Positions 38,865 to 46,095 of a DNA stretch of 53,722 nt are shown here, piece by piece. Positions within the stretch are counted from its first letter, which is position 1, and each line of letters opens with the position of its first letter. The notes under the pieces were generated by a model, which ran no database searches, was not told the origin of the DNA, and saw only the letters and a list, made by a program, of their open reading frames with translations. A program made the position numbers and the translations under genes. The stretch comes from a virus (lineage: Duplodnaviria; Caudoviricetes), in IMG/VR virus record IMGVR_UViG_3300021411_000125, positions 1 to 53,722 of that record; one strand, given 5' to 3'.

Positions 38865-39039
38865 CCCCGAGACGGTCCAGGACATGAAGATCGAGATCCA
38901 GGAGCTGCGCCACGCTGTTCGATCACTATGTAGCGTCGTGGAAGACCTCGCGGACAACCCGATCGCGCACATCTACAACAAGATGCCGTCTCCCGGTAAC
39001 CGCGCCCGGACCATCGTGACGTTGCTGGATGAGCAATGA
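38851..39039 (+). CDS. Small hypothetical protein
   Basis: GGAG RBS; overlaps both neighbours. Confidence 0.6.
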   Translation: MEAIDPETVQDMKIEIQELRHAVRSLCSVVEDLADNPIAHIYNKMPSPGNRARTIVTLLDEQ

Positions 39040-40586
39040 GTCTGCAGGCCGAGGTGCCGACTGACGAGCTGTGGATTACCGGCCCGCCGTGGTGGCCGGC
39101 GCACGAGTACGTCACGGCCCTCGACGGCAGAGACATCCGTCGCCAGGACAACCGCTACGCGATGTGCCGCAACAACCCACTGCTATTCGGACTGCTCTAC
39201 TTCCCGCATCTGATGCTGCAACGCGACCCCCGCGACCCGGCCGCGCCGGAACGGATCTACCTCTCGGATCTGCACTGCGACATGGCGAAATCGGCGGTGC
39301 GCTGGGCTCGTGACGACATCGGCATCGGCGAGATCCGAGACGCCTGGATCGCACCTCGCGGCGCGGCGAAGTCCACCTGGCTGCTGGTCATCCTGGTGAT
39401 CTGGGCGCTCGCTTTCGGACACCTGCGGTTCATCGTGCTGCTCGGTTCGACGCGCAAGGCGATCGCTGACACTCACTTCAAGAACCTGGTCGACGAGCTC
39501 ACCGGCAACGAACTGATCTCCTTCGACTTCCCGAACCTGACCAGCCCGGAGCGCAAGCCGCAGACCTCGGAGTACCGCGCCGGCAACGGAACCGTCGTCA
39601 TCGCGCGCGGCCTCGACGAATCGAACCTCGGTCTGAACATCAAGTCGATGCGACCCGATGGGCTGTTCATCGACGACCCCGAAGCCGACGAAGGCAACTT
39701 CAGCCTGACTAAGAAGGACAAGAGGATCGCCACGATTCGTCAGGCGGTGCTCGGCATGAATCTGCGCGCGGTGGTGCAGTGGGCCGGCACGACGACCGCC
39801 TACAACTGCCTGGCGCATGATCTGGTTCGCTCCGCCGTCGGCGAGGACACCTCGGAGTGGGTCGCCGAGACCGGGTTCCGCTGCCACTACTACCCGGTGA
39901 TCATCACCGATGGTGGCACCACGCAGCGCAGCCTCTGGCCGGTGATGTGGCCGATGAGCTACTTGCTCGAGCACCGAGGCGAGCGGGACTTCGAGCTGAA
40001 CTTGATGAACCGCCCGTTGACTAACAGCGGGACCATGTGGACGCAGGATAGCTTCGTCTACGGCATCCCCGAGTCGTGGGCGCGCGGCTTCTCCCGCTAC
40101 CTGCTACGCATCGACCCGGCCGTCACCTCGAAGGCGACCAGCGACTACACCGGGATGTGTGTCGCCGCCTACTCAAGCTCCGCTCGGTCGGTCGGCATCT
40201 TGATGGCCAACGCGGTGCGGGTCGACCCCGACGGGTTACGGACCAACGCTGAGCTTGCTCTTGCCCAGTTCCCGGAGATCCGCGAGATTCAGGTTGAGGG
40301 TAACCAGGGCATGGACTACGTGGCGCGGGTGCTGCACGGGCTGCCGAAGCACATCAAGGTGACGTTGCCCCGCTCCGCTGCCGGCAAGGACGCCTCGGTG
40401 GCCTCGAAGGCAACCCGGTTCGGGGTGGCGTTCAACTACTACCAGCGCGGCATTGTCCGCCATGCACATCAGTTTCGGATCGTCGAGGACCAGATGCTCG
40501 GCTTCCCGAACGCGGCGTTCGACGACGGCGCTGACGCGGTGGTGGGCGCGGTGAACGAGCTGTTGCATCATCTCCCGAAGCTGTAG
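39036..40586 (+). CDS. terL: Second terminase large subunit (Terminase_6/6C-type)
   Basis: Walker A APRGAAKST, Walker B RPDGLFIDDPE, GT coupling motif, SLWP; nuclease motifs IDPA, SDYTG, VEGNQG, FP...FDDGADA. Confidence 0.88.
   Translation: MSLQAEVPTDELWITGPPWWPAHEYVTALDGRDIRRQDNRYAMCRNNPLLFGLLYFPHLMLQRDPRDPAAPERIYLSDLHCDMAKSAVRWARDDIGIGEIRDAWIAPRGAAKSTWLLVILVIWALAFGHLRFIVLLGSTRKAIADTHFKNLVDELTGNELISFDFPNLTSPERKPQTSEYRAGNGTVVIARGLDESNLGLNIKSMRPDGLFIDDPEADEGNFSLTKKDKRIATIRQAVLGMNLRAVVQWAGTTTAYNCLAHDLVRSAVGEDTSEWVAETGFRCHYYPVIITDGGTTQRSLWPVMWPMSYLLEHRGERDFELNLMNRPLTNSGTMWTQDSFVYGIPESWARGFSRYLLRIDPAVTSKATSDYTGMCVAAYSSSARSVGILMANAVRVDPDGLRTNAELALAQFPEIREIQVEGNQGMDYVARVLHGLPKHIKVTLPRSAAGKDASVASKATRFGVAFNYYQRGIVRHAHQFRIVEDQMLGFPNAAFDDGADAVVGAVNELLHHLPKL
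40346..40396 (+). repeat. 51-bp inverted repeat, copy 1 (inside the second TerL)
   Basis: 49/51 identical to the reverse complement of 44549-44599; first 39 nt perfect. Confidence 0.92.
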
Positions 40587-40589
40587 AGC

Positions 40590-40610
40590 CGCCTCAAACT
40601 GTGGCATAAT
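40590..40610 (+). promoter_or_regulatory. Motif GCCTCA-AAC-TGTGGCA plus extended -10 (TG-G-CATAAT); likely leaderless promoter
   Basis: CATAAT 40605-40610, 6 nt before ATG 40617. Confidence 0.72.
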
Positions 40611-40616
40611 GGTGGG

Positions 40617-40832
40617 ATGGAACCCGACATGGACGGCATGATCAACGAGGAGTTGTGGAGCGACGAGCGGATTGGTCGGGAGCTGAATCCGGAGAAGCCG
40701 CTGAGCCCCCACTCGGTGCGCCGCGAGATGTCGCGGGCGAAGATCCCGATGCGCAGCGGCCGTAGCGCGCGGCTGGTCCGAGCACTGCTAGCACGGCGCG
40801 CGAACCGTGGTTCCGGTGCAGCTGATGAGTGA
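40617..40832 (+). CDS. Small basic HTH-like protein
   Basis: WSDERIGREL....SPHSVRREMSRAKIPMR; follows the promoter motif. Confidence 0.6.
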   Translation: MEPDMDGMINEELWSDERIGRELNPEKPLSPHSVRREMSRAKIPMRSGRSARLVRALLARRANRGSGAADE

Positions 40833-41239
40833 CTGTGTTTGACGGCCCGGTCCACAAGCTCGGGCCGCATGAGCGAGCGCACTACGAAGCAGCGAAGGGT
40901 CTCGGTTGTCCTGGTCAGGTCTGGTACGACAAGGCCAACAACTTGTACCGCTGGGAAACCCGCATCAACACCAATCTACAAGGCGCCATCGTGAACGCGG
41001 CAGGCTACCTAGCCGGGGGATTCGACTCAGATGCTGCCCTCGAAGACATCCTGGTCGACTGCCGACGATCGAAGGTCACGGTGGAGTCAGTATTCGAGAC
41101 CGCCAGGCCGTACGCCGACCGGGGACAACGCTACGGGGCCGGGCCACCGGAGCCACCCCCCACGGCCGGGGACCGGGTACGCCGTCGCGGCCGCACGTCG
41201 TCAGCGACCAAGAAGCGCGGCTTCTTCTACTGGGGGTAG
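40829..41239 (+). CDS. Hypothetical protein
   Basis: GTGA-coupled, 136 aa. Confidence 0.6.
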   Translation: MTVFDGPVHKLGPHERAHYEAAKGLGCPGQVWYDKANNLYRWETRINTNLQGAIVNAAGYLAGGFDSDAALEDILVDCRRSKVTVESVFETARPYADRGQRYGAGPPEPPPTAGDRVRRRGRTSSATKKRGFFYWG

Positions 41240-41264
41240 GTCACGTCACGTGGAGGAAGCAGAA

Positions 41265-41444
41265 GTGGGCAGCATCGACGTCCGCGCCATCGTGCGGGTA
41301 CTCGCCACCGGTGAAGAAGGCAAGGTCAAGTACTTGGCGTACCGAGCTGTGGCAAGGCGCCCGATGGCCGGCGCGTTCGTCAAGTTCAAGGGCGAGAACT
41401 TCGCGCGCTGGTACCCGCTGACGGCGCTGCGACCGGTGGGCTGA
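41265..41444 (+). CDS. Small SH3/KOW-like beta protein
   Basis: GGAGG RBS; VRVLATGEEGKV...VKF...WYP...L.PV. Confidence 0.6.
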   Translation: MGSIDVRAIVRVLATGEEGKVKYLAYRAVARRPMAGAFVKFKGENFARWYPLTALRPVG

Positions 41445-41568
41445 GCGCCCGATTCCAGTACCCTGGGAAGCGAGGAGTTAACCGCCAGCTAGGGAGTCCA
41501 CGCGCGCAAGGACGGTCATGATCCGGCACCTATCCAATACCGAGTAGCCGTACCTGCTCCTCACGCCA

Positions 41569-41604
41569 AGAAGCCCCGCTCCGGTGATCTGGAGCGGGGC
41601 TTCT
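41569..41604. terminator. Bidirectional terminator at the end of the + strand island
   Basis: AGAAGCCCCGCTCC / GGAGCGGGGCTTCT between converging genes. Confidence 0.85.
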
Positions 41605-41619
41605 GCCTTGGGCGGGTTT

Positions 41620-42135
41620 CTACACAGTGGTCAGTGCGCGCAGCAGGTTCTTCTTCGCGCCGACCCACGTCTTGTTGCTGAACCGCGACCCGGTGCCGTG
41701 TAGCTCGGTGGTCGGGATGCCCAGCCAGAAGCGTGACAGGACGTACTCACGCTGACCCGGTGGCAACGCGTCCAGGGCCAACGACAGCCGTCCCTCGTGG
41801 TAGCCCAGGTCGACGGCTTCGAGGCTCTCCGAGTGGCTCAGCGCCTCGAACAGCGCTCCGGTGGACGTCTCGTTGTTCAGCCCCCGGCGCGGCGCGGCGA
41901 GCTCATCGCGGATCCAGTTACGCATCTTGTTGCGGGCGACGCCGATGCACCACCCCTCGAGCGCATCGGCGTCGCTGAGCAGGTGGACCGGAACCGTCGG
42001 CAGTGCACGCCACACGGCAACCCAACCCTCCTGGGCCAGGTCGTCGGCGTAGCGGGACTGGCTGCCAAGCATCTGAGCGGCGCGGCACCGGAGCTTCGGT
42101 CCGAGGAGGGTGAGAAGTTCGACGTCGGAGATCAC
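41620..42135 (-). CDS. RNA polymerase sigma factor (ECF/sigma70 regions 2 and 4)
   Basis: GTG 42135; ADDLAQEGWVAVWR, W...VARNK..N..R, ALDALPPGQRE.V..RFW. Confidence 0.85.
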   Translation of the reverse strand: MISDVELLTLLGPKLRCRAAQMLGSQSRYADDLAQEGWVAVWRALPTVPVHLLSDADALEGWCIGVARNKMRNWIRDELAAPRRGLNNETSTGALFEALSHSESLEAVDLGYHEGRLSLALDALPPGQREYVLSRFWLGIPTTELHGTGSRFSNKTWVGAKKNLLRALTTV

Positions 42136-42524
42136 GCCGGCAGCGCTACTTCGAGGCCGAGCAGGTCGTAGCGCTCGTAGACACGCTTGCGGCCGTGGTG
42201 CGCCCAGCGCCGGTACACCCCGCCCCACAGTCCTTCTTCGCGGGTGGTGTCACCTTCGGCGCGGCACTGGTTGATCAGCGGGCAGCCGGCGCAGAACCGC
42301 AGGGCCGAGCGCTGGATCTCTTCGGGGATCGACCGCACACCTCGGCGGCCTTCACGGTGGTCGAACTGGAACTCCTGATACAGCCCGGCGCAGGCGGGAC
42401 GATCCTCGGCGTGGTTCAACGTCGGACGGTCCAACATCAGGCGCTGCAAGAGCTTGATCGGCAGGTCTTCGAGGGCTAATTCATCGGAACTGGGGAGTCT
42501 GTTGTTACACGTGGGGATGAGCAT
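42132..42524 (-). CDS. WhiB-family transcriptional regulator
   Basis: PAC...FCAGCPLINQC...GLWGG four-Cys WhiB signature. Confidence 0.88.
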   Translation of the reverse strand: MLIPTCNNRLPSSDELALEDLPIKLLQRLMLDRPTLNHAEDRPACAGLYQEFQFDHREGRRGVRSIPEEIQRSALRFCAGCPLINQCRAEGDTTREEGLWGGVYRRWAHHGRKRVYERYDLLGLEVALPA

Positions 42525-42665
42525 GTGCGGGGTGCCTCCGTTGGGCGGGGAGCCTGGAGTGCTGTGTACAACGACCGAGCGGGGGATCGGTTACTCAGAT
42601 GGACGCGGCGAATCGCCAGAGGTTGCTCCTAGTGCAACAAGACGCGTGAGCTACACCCGAATGGG

Positions 42666-43004
42666 CTACTGGACGCTCAGCACCGTGATGTGGTCGACGA
42701 CCGGGTTCAGGGCCCACCGGCGACCGGACGACTCCTCGTGGACATAGAGCCAGTCGGAGATGTCAGTCTCCGAGCGAGCGATGACTCGACCGAACCTCGT
42801 GCCGATCGGCATGTCGTGCCACCGAACCCGAACCCCGACCTTCAGAGCCAGAATCTGACTCGTCGTGACGTCGGTGCTTACCACCATCACTGTGGTGTTC
42901 GGCTCGCTCACGGGCTTCGCGCAGGAGTTGTTCGATGACGCCACCGTGATGCGGGGCGCCGGCAACAGGCTGGTGGCAGGGTTGTCCAGGACGGGGTAGG
43001 TCAT
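42666..43004 (-). CDS. Hypothetical protein (start uncertain; overlaps upstream ORF)
   Basis: High GC3 in this frame; beta-rich C-terminus. Confidence 0.5.
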   Translation of the reverse strand: MTYPVLDNPATSLLPAPRITVASSNNSCAKPVSEPNTTVMVVSTDVTTSQILALKVGVRVRWHDMPIGTRFGRVIARSETDISDWLYVHEESSGRRWALNPVVDHITVLSVQ

Positions 43005-43473
43005 GGCGGGCGGGGACCTTCCAGGTGTAGATCGTCTTCGGGGCGGGGTTGTCGTGGCGTTCGGTCTTCAGCGGCTTCACCGGTGCGAGCGCCTGGGTCT
43101 GCTCGATCGTTGGCCTCTCCCATGCGACATCCACAACGGGCTCCACGAGCGAGGCGACGGCACCGGAGCGGGTGCGCAACTGGCTGGGTATCCCGTCGGC
43201 AGGCAACGTGTCGATCAGCGGCGGACCGATCTCACCCGGCATCGGGCGCTCCGCTCGGAAGCTGGTCTCGTGCGTCGGGGTCAGGAGCCCCACCAGGGTC
43301 AGCACCAGGAACACCGAGGCGGTGGAGCCGACCAGCTTCGTGAAGGGGAAGCTCCACAGCACAAGCAGCCGGGGCCCCCACGAGGCAATTTCGGCTGACG
43401 TCCAGGTGATCGCGCGGCGTGGGCGGGACGGCGGGACGATCAGCACGTGCCGGCCTTTATTCACCGACCACAT
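42763..43473 (-). CDS. Single-TM protein with low-complexity tail
   Basis: Hydrophobic helix SVFLVLTLVGLL; the 3' part overlaps the 42666-43004 ORF. Confidence 0.5.
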   Translation of the reverse strand: MWSVNKGRHVLIVPPSRPRRAITWTSAEIASWGPRLLVLWSFPFTKLVGSTASVFLVLTLVGLLTPTHETSFRAERPMPGEIGPPLIDTLPADGIPSQLRTRSGAVASLVEPVVDVAWERPTIEQTQALAPVKPLKTERHDNPAPKTIYTWKVPARHDLPRPGQPCHQPVAGAPHHGGVIEQLLREARERAEHHSDGGKHRRHDESDSGSEGRGSGSVARHADRHEVRSSHRSLGD

Positions 43474-43783
43474 CCGGGTGGTGCTCGATCACGGTCTCGA
43501 TCGCCAGCAGCAGCGCCGCCGCCAAGTCGATCTGGTCTTCCTCGGTCATGTGCTTGCGGAACGGGCGGGGGACCCGTCGCATGATGACCTCTTCGACCTT
43601 CTGTACCGCCGTGAGGCAGGCGTTCGAAGCGGGATCAGCGATCAGGAGAACGGAGGGCACGGGGAGCTCCCTGGGTGAAAAGAATCCGGTGGGCGGGTGG
43701 GACAGTTGTGAATAGCATTCCACGCCAGTACGCCGAACGCCGTGCCATCGCCCGAAGAAGATCACGGTAACGCAGCCCGTCAC
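43457..43783 (-). CDS. Hypothetical protein (true start probably near 43660)
   Basis: The 3' part has good codon usage. Confidence 0.45.
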   Translation of the reverse strand: MTGCVTVIFFGRWHGVRRTGVECYSQLSHPPTGFFSPRELPVPSVLLIADPASNACLTAVQKVEEVIMRRVPRPFRKHMTEEDQIDLAAALLLAIETVIEHHPDVVGE

Positions 43784-43961
43784 GGGTGGCGCGCATGTAC
43801 TCGATGTTCAGCTGGATGACCAGGGCAGCGAGATCCTGCTCTTTGTGACTGTGGAACACCGAGTCTTCAGCGGCGATGTGCTTAGCGAGGGCATACGCCT
43901 CGGTGAGGCTACGCGCGCCGTCGCGGTGGTGCTCGTTGTCGAACACCTGGTTCAGCTTCAC
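43635..43961 (-). CDS. Hypothetical protein
   Basis: GTGA-coupled to the upstream ORF. Confidence 0.55.
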   Translation of the reverse strand: MKLNQVFDNEHHRDGARSLTEAYALAKHIAAEDSVFHSHKEQDLAALVIQLNIEYMRATRDGLRYRDLLRAMARRSAYWRGMLFTTVPPAHRILFTQGAPRALRSPDR

Positions 43962-44152
43962 TTCGATACCTGCTTCCAGTGGATCACGCGGTTGATCGCT
44001 TCGAGGCGGTCGGTCAGCTCCCGGTACTCGAAGCTGTCGATGAAGACCAGGCCCAGTTGACGGTTGATCGCGCGCTGGCCGTTGCGCAGCTCAACTGGGT
44101 TCCACCGCGTGTAGAGGTTGTTCCAGAACGACATCGACTGGCGGCGCTTCAC
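43958..44152 (-). CDS. Hypothetical protein
   Basis: Coupled on both sides; high GC3. Confidence 0.6.
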   Translation of the reverse strand: MKRRQSMSFWNNLYTRWNPVELRNGQRAINRQLGLVFIDSFEYRELTDRLEAINRVIHWKQVSK

Positions 44153-44607
44153 GGGGTCAGCTCGATCGTCGGCTTAACGCCGGTGGCCCAGTCGATCAAG
44201 TACCTCTGAGTACCCTGGGACAGCCCCGCGAAGTCTCGGGAGGCGGCTTCCAGAATCCGGGACTTGTGGTCGGGCTTGGCCTCGGCGTCGCGGTTGGGCA
44301 CCGGCTTCGACTCCGGCACCCGGATCGGGAGTTCCAGTTCGTCGCGCAACTTCTTGTTCTCGGCCGTGAGCTGGGTGCGGTTACGTTCGAGCGCGTCACG
44401 CTGGTTGCGGATCTCCTCCGCTGTATCCAACAACCGAGAGATCCGCTCTTCGAAGTGAAGTCGCTCGTTGAGCCGGGCGTGAGCAGCCTTCTCGAGCTGC
44501 TCGTCAGCCCAGAGCCGGTACTGGTTCAGCGTGGTGGTGGTAGTGCGTGAGGCATCCTTTCCGGCAGCGGAGCGGGGCAACGTCACCTTGATGTGCTTCT
44601 TGATCAC
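44149..44607 (-). CDS. Coiled-coil protein whose N-terminus is shared with the second TerL
   Basis: AGGAG RBS, GTG 44607 overlapping the upstream stop; begins MIKKHIKVTLPRSAAGKDAS. Confidence 0.7.
   Translation of the reverse strand: MIKKHIKVTLPRSAAGKDASRTTTTTLNQYRLWADEQLEKAAHARLNERLHFEERISRLLDTAEEIRNQRDALERNRTQLTAENKKLRDELELPIRVPESKPVPNRDAEAKPDHKSRILEAASRDFAGLSQGTQRYLIDWATGVKPTIELTP
44549..44599 (-). repeat. 51-bp inverted repeat, copy 2
   Basis: Reverse complement matches 40346-40396 with 2 synonymous differences. Confidence 0.92.
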
Positions 44608-44801
44608 AGCTTCGCTCCTAGCTGACGCAGTGTTGATATCGAGTTTCGGATCGAGCGGTGGTCGCTTGGTGTCGAGGGGAAGAAGCACAACCCGCCACCG
44701 GGAGCCTTCGCTTTGTAGTGCCCGGATCTCTTACCCAGAGTCACTTCCCAACCCTGGGCTTCGAGATCACGAACGAGCCGCTCCGTGTCTCGGTTGGTCA
44801 C
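44604..44801 (-). CDS. HicA-like small protein
   Basis: L...LEAQGW.V....SGHYK...P.G......TPSD.RS..N....LR..G. Confidence 0.7.
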   Translation of the reverse strand: MTNRDTERLVRDLEAQGWEVTLGKRSGHYKAKAPGGGLCFFPSTPSDHRSIRNSISTLRQLGAKL

Positions 44802-44992
44802 AACACCGCGCCCATGGAGCGCAAGTCAGACACCCAGTTACGAACAGACCGGGGATCCGTTGTGGCCGCCGAACAGAAAACGTACGGGCCTTCGCCGTTC
44901 GGAGTCTTCGCCTTGTAGTAGGTGCCGTTGCGGGTTTGGCTGACTTTCCAACCCTGACTCTGAAGCCGGGCTGCTAGTTGATCTGGGGTCAT
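44798..44992 (-). CDS. HicA-like small protein (tandem paralogue)
   Basis: L..QGW.V...YKAK.P.G...D.RS.RN..S.LR..GA.L; aligns with its neighbour but lacks the GH His. Confidence 0.62.
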   Translation of the reverse strand: MTPDQLAARLQSQGWKVSQTRNGTYYKAKTPNGEGPYVFCSAATTDPRSVRNWVSDLRSMGAVL

Positions 44993-45507
44993 GACTGGGT
45001 CTCCTTGTCTAGGAACTTCTTGGTCTCGATGGTGGTGCGCTCGTAGATCTTCGTGTAATCGGTGAGCACCTTGCGCGCGGCTACCTGCAACACCGAGGCC
45101 AGCGAGTTGACCGGGAATCCAGCGGTGATACCGAGCTTGTCGAACAGCTCCCCAATCAGCTCAGAGGTCTTCACCCCGATCTCAGCGGCGACGTCGTCGA
45201 GGCGACCAAGCGACGGGGCCGAGCGAGCCGAGGAGCGGGTCATCTCGATGACGGGGTGACCGTTGATCAGGCCGATGGACTTGTCGTTCTCCTCCAACAG
45301 CGCCTGGATCTTGCCCTTGGCCTCCTTCTCCTCGGCCGAGTCAGCTTCAATGCGGGCCCGCAGCGTGATCAGCTTCTCGTACCAGTCACCGAGCACATCT
45401 ATCGGCATCGCGTCCGGGCTGACGGTCTCCTCGGCCGCCTGAAGCTCGGTCTCGATGGTGATGGAAGCGGTGGCCGGGTCGACGACCTTCTTGGCCCTGG
45501 GCGGCAT
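44989..45507 (-). CDS. Hypothetical protein
   Basis: AAGGAG RBS; helical N-terminal half, G.ING.PVI motif. Confidence 0.7.
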   Translation of the reverse strand: MPPRAKKVVDPATASITIETELQAAEETVSPDAMPIDVLGDWYEKLITLRARIEADSAEEKEAKGKIQALLEENDKSIGLINGHPVIEMTRSSARSAPSLGRLDDVAAEIGVKTSELIGELFDKLGITAGFPVNSLASVLQVAARKVLTDYTKIYERTTIETKKFLDKETQS

Positions 45508-45554
45508 GTTCCTGCTCCTTCTTTGTGGTGCTGCTTCGGTGTCGGGTTGAGCGG

Positions 45555-45830
45555 TTACCGGTTGCGGCCGTAGCCCCGGTCACCCGGGTCCAGGTAGCCG
45601 TCACCGCCGCAGTTGCCACAACCGTTGTCTGCACCAGCCCGGCGAGACGTGGTACGCAGTGCCTTCGGGATCGGGCTACGGCCGCGATTGCACAGGGGAC
45701 AGGGCTTGCGCATCTTGTTGGGATCGGTGCGGCTACTCATCGGCTTGGCCAAGAATCCGGAGCCCGACGCTTTCTTCGCGGCGGCACGGGCCTTGTCCTC
45801 ATTCATGAGGCGCCTACTGTACGAAGCCAT
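45555..45830 (-). CDS. Basic DnaJ-type zinc-finger protein
   Basis: ATG 45830; CPLC..G and CGNCGGDG; preceded by TGG-TATGAT 6 nt upstream (leaderless). Confidence 0.62.
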   Translation of the reverse strand: MASYSRRLMNEDKARAAAKKASGSGFLAKPMSSRTDPNKMRKPCPLCNRGRSPIPKALRTTSRRAGADNGCGNCGGDGYLDPGDRGYGRNR

Positions 45831-45836
45831 GATGCA

Positions 45837-45867
45837 ATCATACCATAAAGGGCCTCGGCTTGTGGCA
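45837..45867 (-). promoter_or_regulatory. Extended -10 promoter plus degenerate palindrome copy (GCCTC-GGCT-TGTGGCA)
   Basis: On the - strand: TTGCCA...TGGTATGAT-N6-ATG. Confidence 0.6.
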
Positions 45868-45871
45868 AGAA

Positions 45872-46069
45872 TCAGACAACCAGAAGACCGCGACGGAAGG
45901 CGTTGGCAACGGCGGAAGCGCGGTCCACGGCGCCGAGCTTGCGGTACAGCGAGGAGATCGCTCGGGTCGCGGTGCCGGAGGACAGCTCGAGCTTGCGGAC
46001 GATGCGTTCGTTGCTGAAGCCCTGGGCGATGAGCTCCAGACACGCCAGCTCCCGGTCGGTGAACATCAT
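45872..46069 (-). CDS. Stand-alone LuxR/GerE-type HTH regulator
   Basis: TDRE..CL.LIAQG.SN..I...L.LS..T......LYRKLG..DR..AV..A...GLL. Confidence 0.85.
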   Translation of the reverse strand: MMFTDRELACLELIAQGFSNERIVRKLELSSGTATRAISSLYRKLGAVDRASAVANAFRRGLLVV

Positions 46070-46095
46070 CGCTGACCCCGGAAGCCGGTCACCGC

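Noticed and set aside
40829-41239. Primase C-terminal-like domain in the island
   Set aside because: Only a vague helical resemblance; cannot be supported without a profile search.
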